Shown: in pieces, positions 28,863-37,371 of the stretch
Numbering within the stretch: position 1 is the stretch's first letter
Layout: the number at the start of each line of letters is the position of its first letter
Assembly (NCBI GenBank): GCA_904378095.1
Contig: CAJFHE010000001.1
Coordinates: 12,018 to 76,017 of the forward strand
Origin: an uncultured Clostridia bacterium
Lineage (GTDB): Bacteria > Bacillota > Clostridia > TANB77 > CAG-508
DNA: 64,000 bases
Direction: 5' to 3'
Position numbers and translations under genes: made by a program
Notes under the pieces: model-generated
Database searches by the model: none
The model's input: the letters and a program-made list of their open reading frames with translations, nothing else
Told to the model about the DNA's origin: nothing

Positions 28863-29699
28863 ATGATTTTAGAAAAAATAAAAGTGTATGCTTTTGTAGG
28901 ACCGTCAGGAACTGGCAAAAGTTATAGGGCTCAATTGGTAGCAAATGAAAATAATATACATTACATTATAGATGATGGGCTTTTAATTCATGATAATGAT
29001 GTGGTTGCAGGAAATTCTGCTAAAAAGGCGCCTACGAAAATAGAAACAGTAAAAAAAGCTATATTTATAGAAAAAGAAGATAGAAATGAGATGAGAGATG
29101 CCTTAAAGAAGATAAAACCTGATGCCATTCTAATACTAGGTACATCTGATGGTATGGTAGAAAAAATAGCAGATAATTTAGGCTTGCCACATCCAGAAAA
29201 AACTATATATATTAATGAAGTGGCTACAGAAACAGAAATGGAGACTGCAAAAAGAATAAGAACAACAGAAGGAAAACACGTTATACCTGTTCCAACTTTT
29301 GAGATAAAAAGAGATTTTGCTGGTTACATATTGGACCCTCTCCAAATTTTTAAATATAGAAGGAATGATGAGCCGTACATATCAGAAAAGTCAATTATAA
29401 GGCCTACTTTTAGTTACTTGGGTAAGTTTACAATATCTGATACAGTGTTTAGACAAATTACAGAATATGTCGCTAAGAAGACTGAAGGAATACATAGAGT
29501 TTCAAGAGTAAGAGTAGAGAATACAGTTGGCGCTACCAACATTTATGTGGAAGTTTATGTAATATTTGGATATAATATTGTAAATGTTTTAAGAGATTTT
29601 AAACAAAAAGTAAAGAAAGAAATTGAAAGATTAACAACAATGAATGTGCAGGAAGTTTCAGTTATGGCAAAGGGAATTCACATGCCAGAGAATAAGTAA
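28863..29699 (+). CDS. P-loop NTPase domain fused to an Asp23/Gls24-like domain
   Basis: GPSGTGKS Walker A at the N-terminus. The C-terminal half resembles Asp23-family proteins (ISDTVFRQI..YVA....GIHRV). Start choice is uncertain (28854 or 28863). Confidence 0.5.
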   Translation: MILEKIKVYAFVGPSGTGKSYRAQLVANENNIHYIIDDGLLIHDNDVVAGNSAKKAPTKIETVKKAIFIEKEDRNEMRDALKKIKPDAILILGTSDGMVEKIADNLGLPHPEKTIYINEVATETEMETAKRIRTTEGKHVIPVPTFEIKRDFAGYILDPLQIFKYRRNDEPYISEKSIIRPTFSYLGKFTISDTVFRQITEYVAKKTEGIHRVSRVRVENTVGATNIYVEVYVIFGYNIVNVLRDFKQKVKKEIERLTTMNVQEVSVMAKGIHMPENK

Positions 29700-29753
29700 A
29701 AAAATATGAGAAATAATAGGTAAAAAAGAGAAAAAGACTCTTGGGAGGTAAAA

Positions 29754-31049
29754 ATGTCATTTATAGTAGCAATTGATGGACCAGCAGGGACTGGAAAAGG
29801 AACAGTAACAAAGATTTTAGCTAAAAAATTTAAATTGATAAATGTAGATACAGGAGCAATGTATAGATGTGTAGCTCTAGATATGCTAAATAAGGGTGTT
29901 AAGTTAGAAGAATTAGACAAAATAAAAGAAATTTTAGAGAATATTAATATAGAATTAAAACACGAAAATAATAAGGATTTAGTATTCTTAAACGATGAAG
30001 ATGTGACAGAAAAAATAAGAAGTAAAGAAGTATCTGGTTTTGTGTCACAGGTATCTAGCATTAAAGAAGTGCGTCTTAGTATGGTTGGACTTCAAAGAAA
30101 GATGGCTGAAGGAAAAGAAGTAATTATGGAAGGTAGAGATATTGGAACATATGTATTTCCAGCAGCCGATGTTAAAATCTACCTAGATGCAGATTTGGAA
30201 GAAAGAGCAAGAAGAAGATTCAAGCAAAACAAAGAAAAGGGAATAAACACGCCATATGTAGAAGTGCTTGAAAATATAAAGATGAGAGACGAAAACGATA
30301 AGTCAAAAGAAATTGGCGCATTAAAACTTGCTCATGATGCAGAAGTGATTGATAGCACAAGCATGAGCATCAATCAAGTTGTTAGAGAAATTAGTAGCAT
30401 AATCCAAAAAAAGAAAAATGAAATAAAAATGCAAGGAAAAATATATAAAGAGCGTAAAGAAAATGCTTGGAAAAAATTTGTAAGGAAAGTAGTAAAAGTA
30501 TTTTTGTCAGCTTTATACCATATTGCGTATAGAGTGAAGATAAATGGCTCTGTTCCAAAAGAAGGAGCATATATATTGTGCTGCAACCACATAAATTATT
30601 TAGACGCAGCTGCAATAGTGCTATTTAATAAAAGAAAAGTAAAGTTTGTCGCAAAAGAAGATTTGTTTACACATGGCATATTATATTGGCTAGGTCATTT
30701 ATTTGATGCAATCCCAATAAAAAGAGATATGCAAGACATAGAAGCAATGAAAAGATGCTTAAGAGTGCTAAAAAAGGGCGAGCTTCTAGGAATTTTCCCA
30801 GAGGGAACTCGTAAAGGTATGGAAAAGAACATGAAGGCAAAAAATGGCGCAGCATATATGGCGATCAAATCAAATGTAAAAGTAATTCCAGTAGGAATAC
30901 ATGGAACTTTCAAACCTTTTAGCAAAGTGTATGTAAATTATGGGGAGCCAATAGATTTAAGTAAATACAAAAACCAAAAGGACAAGTTAGATGAAGCAAC
31001 AGAAATAATTATGGAGCAGATAGTTATGTTGACAAAAAAAGAGGATTAG
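29754..31049 (+). CDS. cmk: fused cytidylate kinase / 1-acyl-sn-glycerol-3-phosphate acyltransferase
   Basis: N-terminal half has IAIDGPAGTGKGT and GRDIGT (Cmk). C-terminal half has NHINYLD (HX4D) and FPEGTR (PlsC/LPLAT). Single uninterrupted 431-aa ORF. Confidence 0.85.
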   Translation: MSFIVAIDGPAGTGKGTVTKILAKKFKLINVDTGAMYRCVALDMLNKGVKLEELDKIKEILENINIELKHENNKDLVFLNDEDVTEKIRSKEVSGFVSQVSSIKEVRLSMVGLQRKMAEGKEVIMEGRDIGTYVFPAADVKIYLDADLEERARRRFKQNKEKGINTPYVEVLENIKMRDENDKSKEIGALKLAHDAEVIDSTSMSINQVVREISSIIQKKKNEIKMQGKIYKERKENAWKKFVRKVVKVFLSALYHIAYRVKINGSVPKEGAYILCCNHINYLDAAAIVLFNKRKVKFVAKEDLFTHGILYWLGHLFDAIPIKRDMQDIEAMKRCLRVLKKGELLGIFPEGTRKGMEKNMKAKNGAAYMAIKSNVKVIPVGIHGTFKPFSKVYVNYGEPIDLSKYKNQKDKLDEATEIIMEQIVMLTKKED

Positions 31050-31094
31050 AGTATAATAGAGAAGTTAGATTATTGGAGTAGAGGAGTAAATAAA

Positions 31095-32906
31095 ATGAGA
31101 AACGATAAAATAAGAAATGTAGCGATAATTGCACACGTTGACCATGGAAAAACAACTTTGGTTGATGCATTGTTAAAACAAAGCCATGTTTTTAGAGAGA
31201 ATGAGCAAGTCGATGAGAGAATAATGGATTCAAATGACCTTGAGAAGGAAAGAGGAATCACAATTTTATCTAAGAACACATCAGTTATGTATAATGGTGT
31301 AAAGATTAATATAGTAGACACACCAGGACACGCAGATTTTGGTGGAGAAGTTGAGCGTGTTTTAAAAATGGTTGATGGTGTACTTTTATTAGTTGACGCT
31401 TTTGAAGGACCAATGCCTCAAACAAGAGAAGTGCTAAAAAAATCATTGGCATTAAATTTAAAACCAATAGTTATAATCAACAAAATAGATAGACCAGGAG
31501 CAGAGCCACTTAAAGTAGTTGACCAAGTGCTAGAGCTATTTATAGAATTAAATGCAAATGATGAGCAATTGGACTTCCCTGTAATATATGCATCAGCAAA
31601 AAACGGAATTGCAAAAATGCATTTGGAAGATGAAAGCGATAATGTTAACTGCATTTTCGACACAATTATAAGTACTATAGAAGCACCAAACTGTGAAACA
31701 GATGGAGCTATGCAAATGCTAGTATCTAACATAGATTATGATGATTATTTAGGAAGAATAGCAGTAGGTAGAGTTGAGCGTGGCACAATTAATTCTGGAA
31801 TGAGTGTCGCTGTATGCAAAAACGACAAGAACGAAAATGGTAAAATAGCAAAATTATTTACTTATGAAGGATTGAAAAGAGTTGAAAAAGAAGAAGTGTC
31901 AGCAGGAGATATTGTATGTATATCAGGAATTCCAGAGATTAACATAGGGGATACAATCTGTGACATTAACAATCCAGAAAAAATACCATTTGTAGACATC
32001 GACGAGCCAACAGTATCTATGACATTTAGCGTAAATAATGGACCATTTGCAGGAAGAGAAGGTCAATTTGTAACATCAAGACACATTCGTGATAGACTAA
32101 TGAAAGAGTTAGAAAGAAATGTAAGCTTGCGTGTAAAAGAAACAGACTCTGCAGATAGCTTTGAAGTATGCGGACGTGGAGAATTGCACTTATCTGTATT
32201 AATCGAAACAATGAGAAGAGAAGGATTCGAGCTATTAGTATCTCGTCCAAAAGTAATTTTTAAAGATATTGATGGTGTAAAATGTGAGCCAATAGAGAGA
32301 CTTGTAGTAAACGTTCCAGACGACTCAATAGGAAACGTCATAGAAAAATTAGGAAGACGTAAAGCAGAAATGATAAACATGGAGCCAGCGGAAGCCGGAC
32401 ATACAAAAGTAGAATTCAAAATACCAGCAAGAGGATTAATTGGATATAGAACAGAATTCTTAACCGATACAAAAGGTGAAGGAACGATGAATAGCACATT
32501 TGACTGCTATGAGCCATACAAAGGCGATATTCAAGCTAGAACAAGAGGCGTGCTAGTTGCATTTGAGCAAGGCACATCAGTAACATATGGATTGTACAAC
32601 GCACAAGAAAGAGGAGAATTATTCATAGGTGCTGGTGTAGAAGTATATGAAGGTATGATAGTTGGAATAAACTCAAGAAATGAGGACATTTCAATAAATG
32701 TATGTAAAGAAAAACACTTAACAAATACAAGAGCATCTGGATCAGATGACGCACTAAGATTGGTGCCACCAATTCAACTATCACTAGAAAAAGCAATAGA
32801 ATTCATACAAGATGATGAACTTGTTGAAGTTACTCCAAAAAATATCCGTTTGAGAAAGAAAATATTGGATAGTAAGACTAGGGAGAGAGAAGCCAGAAGA
32901 AAATAA
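31095..32906 (+). CDS. typA: translational GTPase TypA/BipA
   Basis: AHVDHGKTT, DTPGHADF and NKID G-motifs with full BipA-like length. Confidence 0.95.
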   Translation: MRNDKIRNVAIIAHVDHGKTTLVDALLKQSHVFRENEQVDERIMDSNDLEKERGITILSKNTSVMYNGVKINIVDTPGHADFGGEVERVLKMVDGVLLLVDAFEGPMPQTREVLKKSLALNLKPIVIINKIDRPGAEPLKVVDQVLELFIELNANDEQLDFPVIYASAKNGIAKMHLEDESDNVNCIFDTIISTIEAPNCETDGAMQMLVSNIDYDDYLGRIAVGRVERGTINSGMSVAVCKNDKNENGKIAKLFTYEGLKRVEKEEVSAGDIVCISGIPEINIGDTICDINNPEKIPFVDIDEPTVSMTFSVNNGPFAGREGQFVTSRHIRDRLMKELERNVSLRVKETDSADSFEVCGRGELHLSVLIETMRREGFELLVSRPKVIFKDIDGVKCEPIERLVVNVPDDSIGNVIEKLGRRKAEMINMEPAEAGHTKVEFKIPARGLIGYRTEFLTDTKGEGTMNSTFDCYEPYKGDIQARTRGVLVAFEQGTSVTYGLYNAQERGELFIGAGVEVYEGMIVGINSRNEDISINVCKEKHLTNTRASGSDDALRLVPPIQLSLEKAIEFIQDDELVEVTPKNIRLRKKILDSKTREREARRK

Positions 32907-32934
32907 GATGAAATTGTGAAAATTGGGGACAGTT

Positions 32935-32955
32935 GTATTTGTCCCTGATTTCCTA
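32935..32955. repeat. GGGGACA-N8-TGTCCC hairpin (GAC-hairpin family) 3' of typA
   Basis: Read directly. Shares the right flank GTCCCTGA(T/A)TTC with 55436-55458. Confidence 0.8.
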
Positions 32956-32984
32956 TTTTGACAAAAAAGAAAGGGTAGGTTAAT

Positions 32985-33572
32985 TTGAATAAAGAAGAAT
33001 TAGCAAAAATAAAAGAGAAAGCGCTTGAAGACCACATTCCAATAATAATGGATGATACATTGGAGGTAATAGAAAAAGAGTTAAGAGATGTAAAACCAAA
33101 CAAATTCTTAGAAATTGGCACAGCTGTTGGATATTCTGCAATATGCTTTTCTGAATTCTTAGGAGAAGATGGAAGGATAGACACAATTGAGAGAGAAGCA
33201 GATAGAGTAATTCAGGCAAGACAAAACATAAAAAAAGCAGAAGTAGAAGAAAAAATAAATATCATTGAAGGCGATGCTGTAGAAATATTGCCAACACTTA
33301 ATGAAACATATGACGTTGTTTTTATAGATGCTTCCAAAGGCAAATATCCATTCTTCTTAAAGGAAGCACTAAGAATGCTTGGACCAAACGGCATAATCTT
33401 TGCAGACAATGTACTATATAAAGGATATGTAATGAGCGACTATAATAAGCACAAACAACGTACAGCAGTAAGAAATTTAAGAGAATTTTTAAAAGAATTA
33501 CAAGAAAATGAGACTCTTGATACTAAAATTCTAGAAGTTGGAGATGGTTTAGCAATTGCAAGAAAAAAATAG
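32985..33572 (+). CDS. class I SAM-dependent O-methyltransferase (YrrM/TrmR-like)
   Basis: EIGTAVGYS SAM motif and FIDA. TTG start. U32 peptidase nearby, as in yrrM-yrrN/O clusters. Confidence 0.7.
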   Translation: MNKEELAKIKEKALEDHIPIIMDDTLEVIEKELRDVKPNKFLEIGTAVGYSAICFSEFLGEDGRIDTIEREADRVIQARQNIKKAEVEEKINIIEGDAVEILPTLNETYDVVFIDASKGKYPFFLKEALRMLGPNGIIFADNVLYKGYVMSDYNKHKQRTAVRNLREFLKELQENETLDTKILEVGDGLAIARKK

Positions 33573-33808
33573 TATGTAAATAGAAATAAACAAAATAGGA
33601 TTAAATAAACTTAGAAAAAATATAGAGAATAAAATAATAAAAAGGCTCCCCTGAGAACATCAGCTCTCAGGGGATTATTAAAGGAGGCGCCAATAAGCTC
33701 TCTTGTACTCTGTAAAAAATTAAAACTGAAAAATATCCTCCTATTAGCAAAAAAATGCTATTAACATAATATATTATACACTATTATTTCAAAAAAGTCC
33801 AGTATTTT

Positions 33809-33839
33809 CTTGTTTTTTTCCTCCGTCCCCAAAAACAAG
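33809..33839 (-). repeat. 31-nt palindromic element R31, copy 2
   Basis: cttgtttttttcctccgtccccaaaaacaag, an exact reverse complement of copy 3. Abuts the stop of the 33840..34442 gene. Confidence 0.95.
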
Positions 33840-34442
33840 TTACATTAAAAAATATTTTATGCATGATAAAACTGTATCTGTAACAAAAACTGCAAAGAGA
33901 ACATACACACTAATCACTTGAATCCTATATGGTATTTTAGAAAGCACTATATTTATTTTCTTTTTGAAGAACGGATAAATAAAATTAACAAATAGGATTG
34001 CAATTATACCCCATGCAAAGCTATAAAAAATACTTACACGACCATTTAAATTCATAAATTCACTTGTATAATCCCACCATTTTAAAGAAAATAATGCTTC
34101 CATTCCATAACTTACAACATACTCAAAAACAGTAAATAAAATTGCTGCATACACGAATAATTTTAAATTATGCTTTTTATATGTGCTAAAGAATATGATT
34201 AGCATTAACGCTCCCCAGCCATAAATTGGACAAAGTGGACCAAAAAGAAATCCTCTTTTAGTAAAATGCCCTAAAGAATAGAAACTAAAACAAGTTTCTA
34301 AAAGCCATCCAACAAATGAGAATATTAAAAAATATATAAAATACAAGTATATTCTTGGAAGTTTCTTTTTTTGCGGTTTATCTTCAGCAACCGTTACTCC
34401 ATTATTTGTATTATTAATGCTCTGCTCCATATCAAAATACAC
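33840..34442 (-). CDS. polytopic membrane protein, PF06541/DUF1113-like ('ABC-transporter type IV' family)
   Basis: GW..E....RGFLFGP..PIYG.G and WWDY....NLNGR patterns. Bracketed by inverted R31 copies. Confidence 0.6.
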   Translation of the reverse strand: MYFDMEQSINNTNNGVTVAEDKPQKKKLPRIYLYFIYFLIFSFVGWLLETCFSFYSLGHFTKRGFLFGPLCPIYGWGALMLIIFFSTYKKHNLKLFVYAAILFTVFEYVVSYGMEALFSLKWWDYTSEFMNLNGRVSIFYSFAWGIIAILFVNFIYPFFKKKINIVLSKIPYRIQVISVYVLFAVFVTDTVLSCIKYFLM

Positions 34443-34529
34443 CCTTTCATAAAATTACAGTATATATAATAGCAGAAACAAAGCAAAAAGTAAATTGAAT
34501 TAAGAAAAGTTTAAGTAATGAATAGAAAA

Positions 34530-34560
34530 CTTGTTTTTGGGGACGGAGGAAAAAAACAAG
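34530..34560 (+). repeat. 31-nt palindromic element R31, copy 3 (archetype)
   Basis: CTTGTTTTT-GGGGACGGAGGAA-AAAAACAAG: 9-bp stem and 13-nt loop. Confidence 0.95.
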
Positions 34561-34628
34561 TTTTTTTCATTTGTAATTTTTGCAAATATATAGTATAATA
34601 GATATGCTAAAAAAGAGGTGACAAATAA

Positions 34629-35126
34629 ATGAAGTTAAATATAGTATTAGTTGAGCCAGAAATACCACAAAATACAGGAAATATTGCAAGAACCTGTGCT
34701 GCTATCGGAGCAAAATTACATTTGGTACATCCACTGGGATTTAGCATATCAGAAAAAGCAGTAAAAAGAGCAGGTCTTGATTATTGGGATAAATTAGAGA
34801 TTGAAGAGCATTTATCTTTTGATAAGTTTCTAGAAAAATACAAACCAGAAGAGAACAACATGTTTTTTGTAACTACTAAGGGAAAGCATGTATATTCAGA
34901 GCCAAACTATGGAGATATGGAAGAGGTATTTGCATTATTTGGCAAAGAAACAAAAGGACTTCCAGAAGATACTTTACAAAAATACATAGATAAAACTATT
35001 AGAATACCAATGAGACCAACACTTCGCTCATTGAATTTGGCTAATTCAGTTGCAATTGTAGCATATGAAATTATGAGGCAAGAGAAATTTGAGGGGTTAG
35101 AGGAGATTAGTAAATATTTTGATTAA
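34629..35126 (+). CDS. trmL: tRNA (cytidine/uridine(34)-2'-O)-methyltransferase TrmL (SpoU family)
   Basis: IVLVEPEIPQNTGNIARTC N-terminus. About 160 aa with SPOUT-fold length. Confidence 0.85.
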   Translation: MKLNIVLVEPEIPQNTGNIARTCAAIGAKLHLVHPLGFSISEKAVKRAGLDYWDKLEIEEHLSFDKFLEKYKPEENNMFFVTTKGKHVYSEPNYGDMEEVFALFGKETKGLPEDTLQKYIDKTIRIPMRPTLRSLNLANSVAIVAYEIMRQEKFEGLEEISKYFD

Positions 35127-35171
35127 GAATTGAAAAAGAATTTGTGACATAAGAAAGGAATGTGATAAGAG

Positions 35172-36401
35172 ATGAAGAAACCAGAATTATTAGCGCCAGC
35201 AGGTTCATTTGAAAAGGCAAAAACAGCATTCTTATACGGAGCAGACGCCGTATATTGCGGTACAGGAAGCTTATCGCTTAGAAGCAGAGCAGAAGTAGAT
35301 GATGATGATTTGGCTAAAACAATAGAATATGCACACAGTATAGGCAAAAAAGTATATGCCGCAATTAATATTTATGCTTGGGATGAATATTATGAGGAAA
35401 TAAAGAAGCAAGCACAAATGCTAAATGACATGAAAGTAGATGGAATTATAGCATCTGATGGTGGAGTTATAGACATTCTAAAGGAATATGCACCAGATGT
35501 GGATATTCACATTAGCACACAAGCTAATACTGTAAGTTATCACTCGGCAAATTTTTGGTATAAAAATGGAGCTAAGAGGGTAATTCTTGGCAGAGAGATG
35601 AATAAAGAGCAAATAAAAGAAATAATGGAGCATAAGCCACAAGATTTAGAAGTGGAAATATTTGTACATGGTGCAATTTGCTTTGGATATTCTGGAAGAT
35701 GCTTTTTAAGCGATTTTCTAGCCTCAAGAAGTGCAAACCTTGGTGATTGTGCACAAAGTTGCAGATGGGCATACAATGTATATGTAGAAGAGCACAATAA
35801 GCCTGGAAATTTAATGCCAGTAGAGCATGACGACAAGGGTACATATATCTTTTCTTCTAAAGATTTATGCTTGATTAAAGAAATACCAGAAGTAATTGAC
35901 ATGGGCATAGACAGCTTGAAAATAGAAGGAAGGTTAAAAACAGAGTATTACTTAGCATCTGTAGTAAACGCATACAGAAATGCAATAGACGACTATATGA
36001 AAGAGCAAGATAAATACGATTACACTAAATACCTAAAAGAGCTTGAAAAAACAAAAACAAGAGGACTAACAACATTCTATTTTAATGATAGAAATAATAA
36101 GGATTTTCAAGAATATGATGGAAAACAATACAATCCAAATTATGAGTTTGGTGGAAAAGTAATAGAATACAACGAAGATAAAGCCATAATAGAAATTAGA
36201 AACAAGCTTAAAGTTGGGGATACAATGGAAATACTAATTCCAGGAGATATAACTCCATGTGAGTTCAAAATAGAAAAACTTTGGGATACGGACACGGATA
36301 AAGAAGTGGAATTTGTAAATCCAGGAAAATTTGGACAAAGCATAAAGATGCATCTACCAATTGAGTGTAAAAATGGATGGATTTTGAGAAGAAAGAAATA
36401 A
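35172..36401 (+). CDS. peptidase U32 family protein
   Basis: KPELLAPAG....A...GADAVY start and E.F.HGA.C...SG.C.LS motif. Confidence 0.85.
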   Translation: MKKPELLAPAGSFEKAKTAFLYGADAVYCGTGSLSLRSRAEVDDDDLAKTIEYAHSIGKKVYAAINIYAWDEYYEEIKKQAQMLNDMKVDGIIASDGGVIDILKEYAPDVDIHISTQANTVSYHSANFWYKNGAKRVILGREMNKEQIKEIMEHKPQDLEVEIFVHGAICFGYSGRCFLSDFLASRSANLGDCAQSCRWAYNVYVEEHNKPGNLMPVEHDDKGTYIFSSKDLCLIKEIPEVIDMGIDSLKIEGRLKTEYYLASVVNAYRNAIDDYMKEQDKYDYTKYLKELEKTKTRGLTTFYFNDRNNKDFQEYDGKQYNPNYEFGGKVIEYNEDKAIIEIRNKLKVGDTMEILIPGDITPCEFKIEKLWDTDTDKEVEFVNPGKFGQSIKMHLPIECKNGWILRRKK

Positions 36402-36418
36402 TAAATTGAAAATATATA

Positions 36419-36444
36419 GCCTTCTATATTAAATTATAGAAGGC
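36419..36444. terminator. bidirectional terminator
   Basis: GCCTTCTATA/TATAGAAGGC stem between convergent genes. Confidence 0.6.
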
Positions 36445-36445
36445 A

Positions 36446-37271
36446 TTAATTTTTCTCTAACTTTCCAGCAACTTTAAATCCAATTACAAAAAGAATAATA
36501 GACACAAACCCAGCAAAATTAAAATAAATTGGATGGTATAGCACAAGCACACTGCCTAAAGTAAAACCAATTATTGAATAATAAGTTGGCATATAAAAAT
36601 GCTTTAGTAAGAGCTTGATTACTACTAAGAAAAAAGCACAACCAATAACAAGGCCAATACCCATAGGAATGAGAACACTAAATTGAAGAGTTGCAATACT
36701 TGCTAGATAAGTAGGATACACACCGCATGCACATCAAAATAAGGGTATTGCTAACTCCAGGAAATACAACACCAATTGACATTAAAAATCCGGATAAAAC
36801 CAAAAATGATATGCTAAAACTATTTTGAGTTTGTGAAAGATTTAGTTTGCTCTCTAAATAGACTAAAAAACATCCAACAATAAACGCAGCAAAAGCAAAG
36901 AGCAAATATCGTAGCTTAAAACTATGCTCAGTATTTACTTTTTTTATTAAAACGGGAATACTCCCTAAAATTAGCCCAATAAAACAAAAGCTAGTTTGTG
37001 TAGGAAAACGCTCAAATAGTGCTTTCAATATATTTCCAAATAGAAACACACCAAGTATGCCACCTAGAAAAATGGGAAATAAAAACGAAAAATTCTTTTT
37101 AAAATTTTTGAATAATCCAAAAAGAGAATTTATTAATTTATCATATAATCCTAATATAACACAAAGAACACCACTGCTAACTCCAGGCAGAATAGCACCA
37201 GCTCCCAATAATATACCTATTAGAAAATTTTGGATTTTTTTCAAAAGAATCACCATTAAATTATTATGCAA
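36446..37271 (-). pseudogene. DUF368-family membrane protein split by a frameshift
   Basis: The 197-aa ORF (GAILPGVSSG...PGVSNTLILM) and the 91-aa ORF (YPTYLASIATLQFSVLIPMGIG) overlap at 36678-36721 in different frames. Together they make one DUF368-length protein. Confidence 0.65.
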
Positions 37272-37371
37272 GATTTAATAAGGTTATGATAGAAATCTTT
37301 TTTCGCCGGTCATGCACTTTCCATCACAATACACAATATAATTTAGGTATAAGGAAAACGGAGGTGCATTT

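Noticed and set aside
37290-37371. Sigma-E/sigma-K-type sporulation promoter upstream of sigK (CACAATACACAATAT region)
   Set aside because: The resemblance to the CATACA-T -10 consensus is partial, and I could not place a convincing -35. This is too uncertain to call as a feature.
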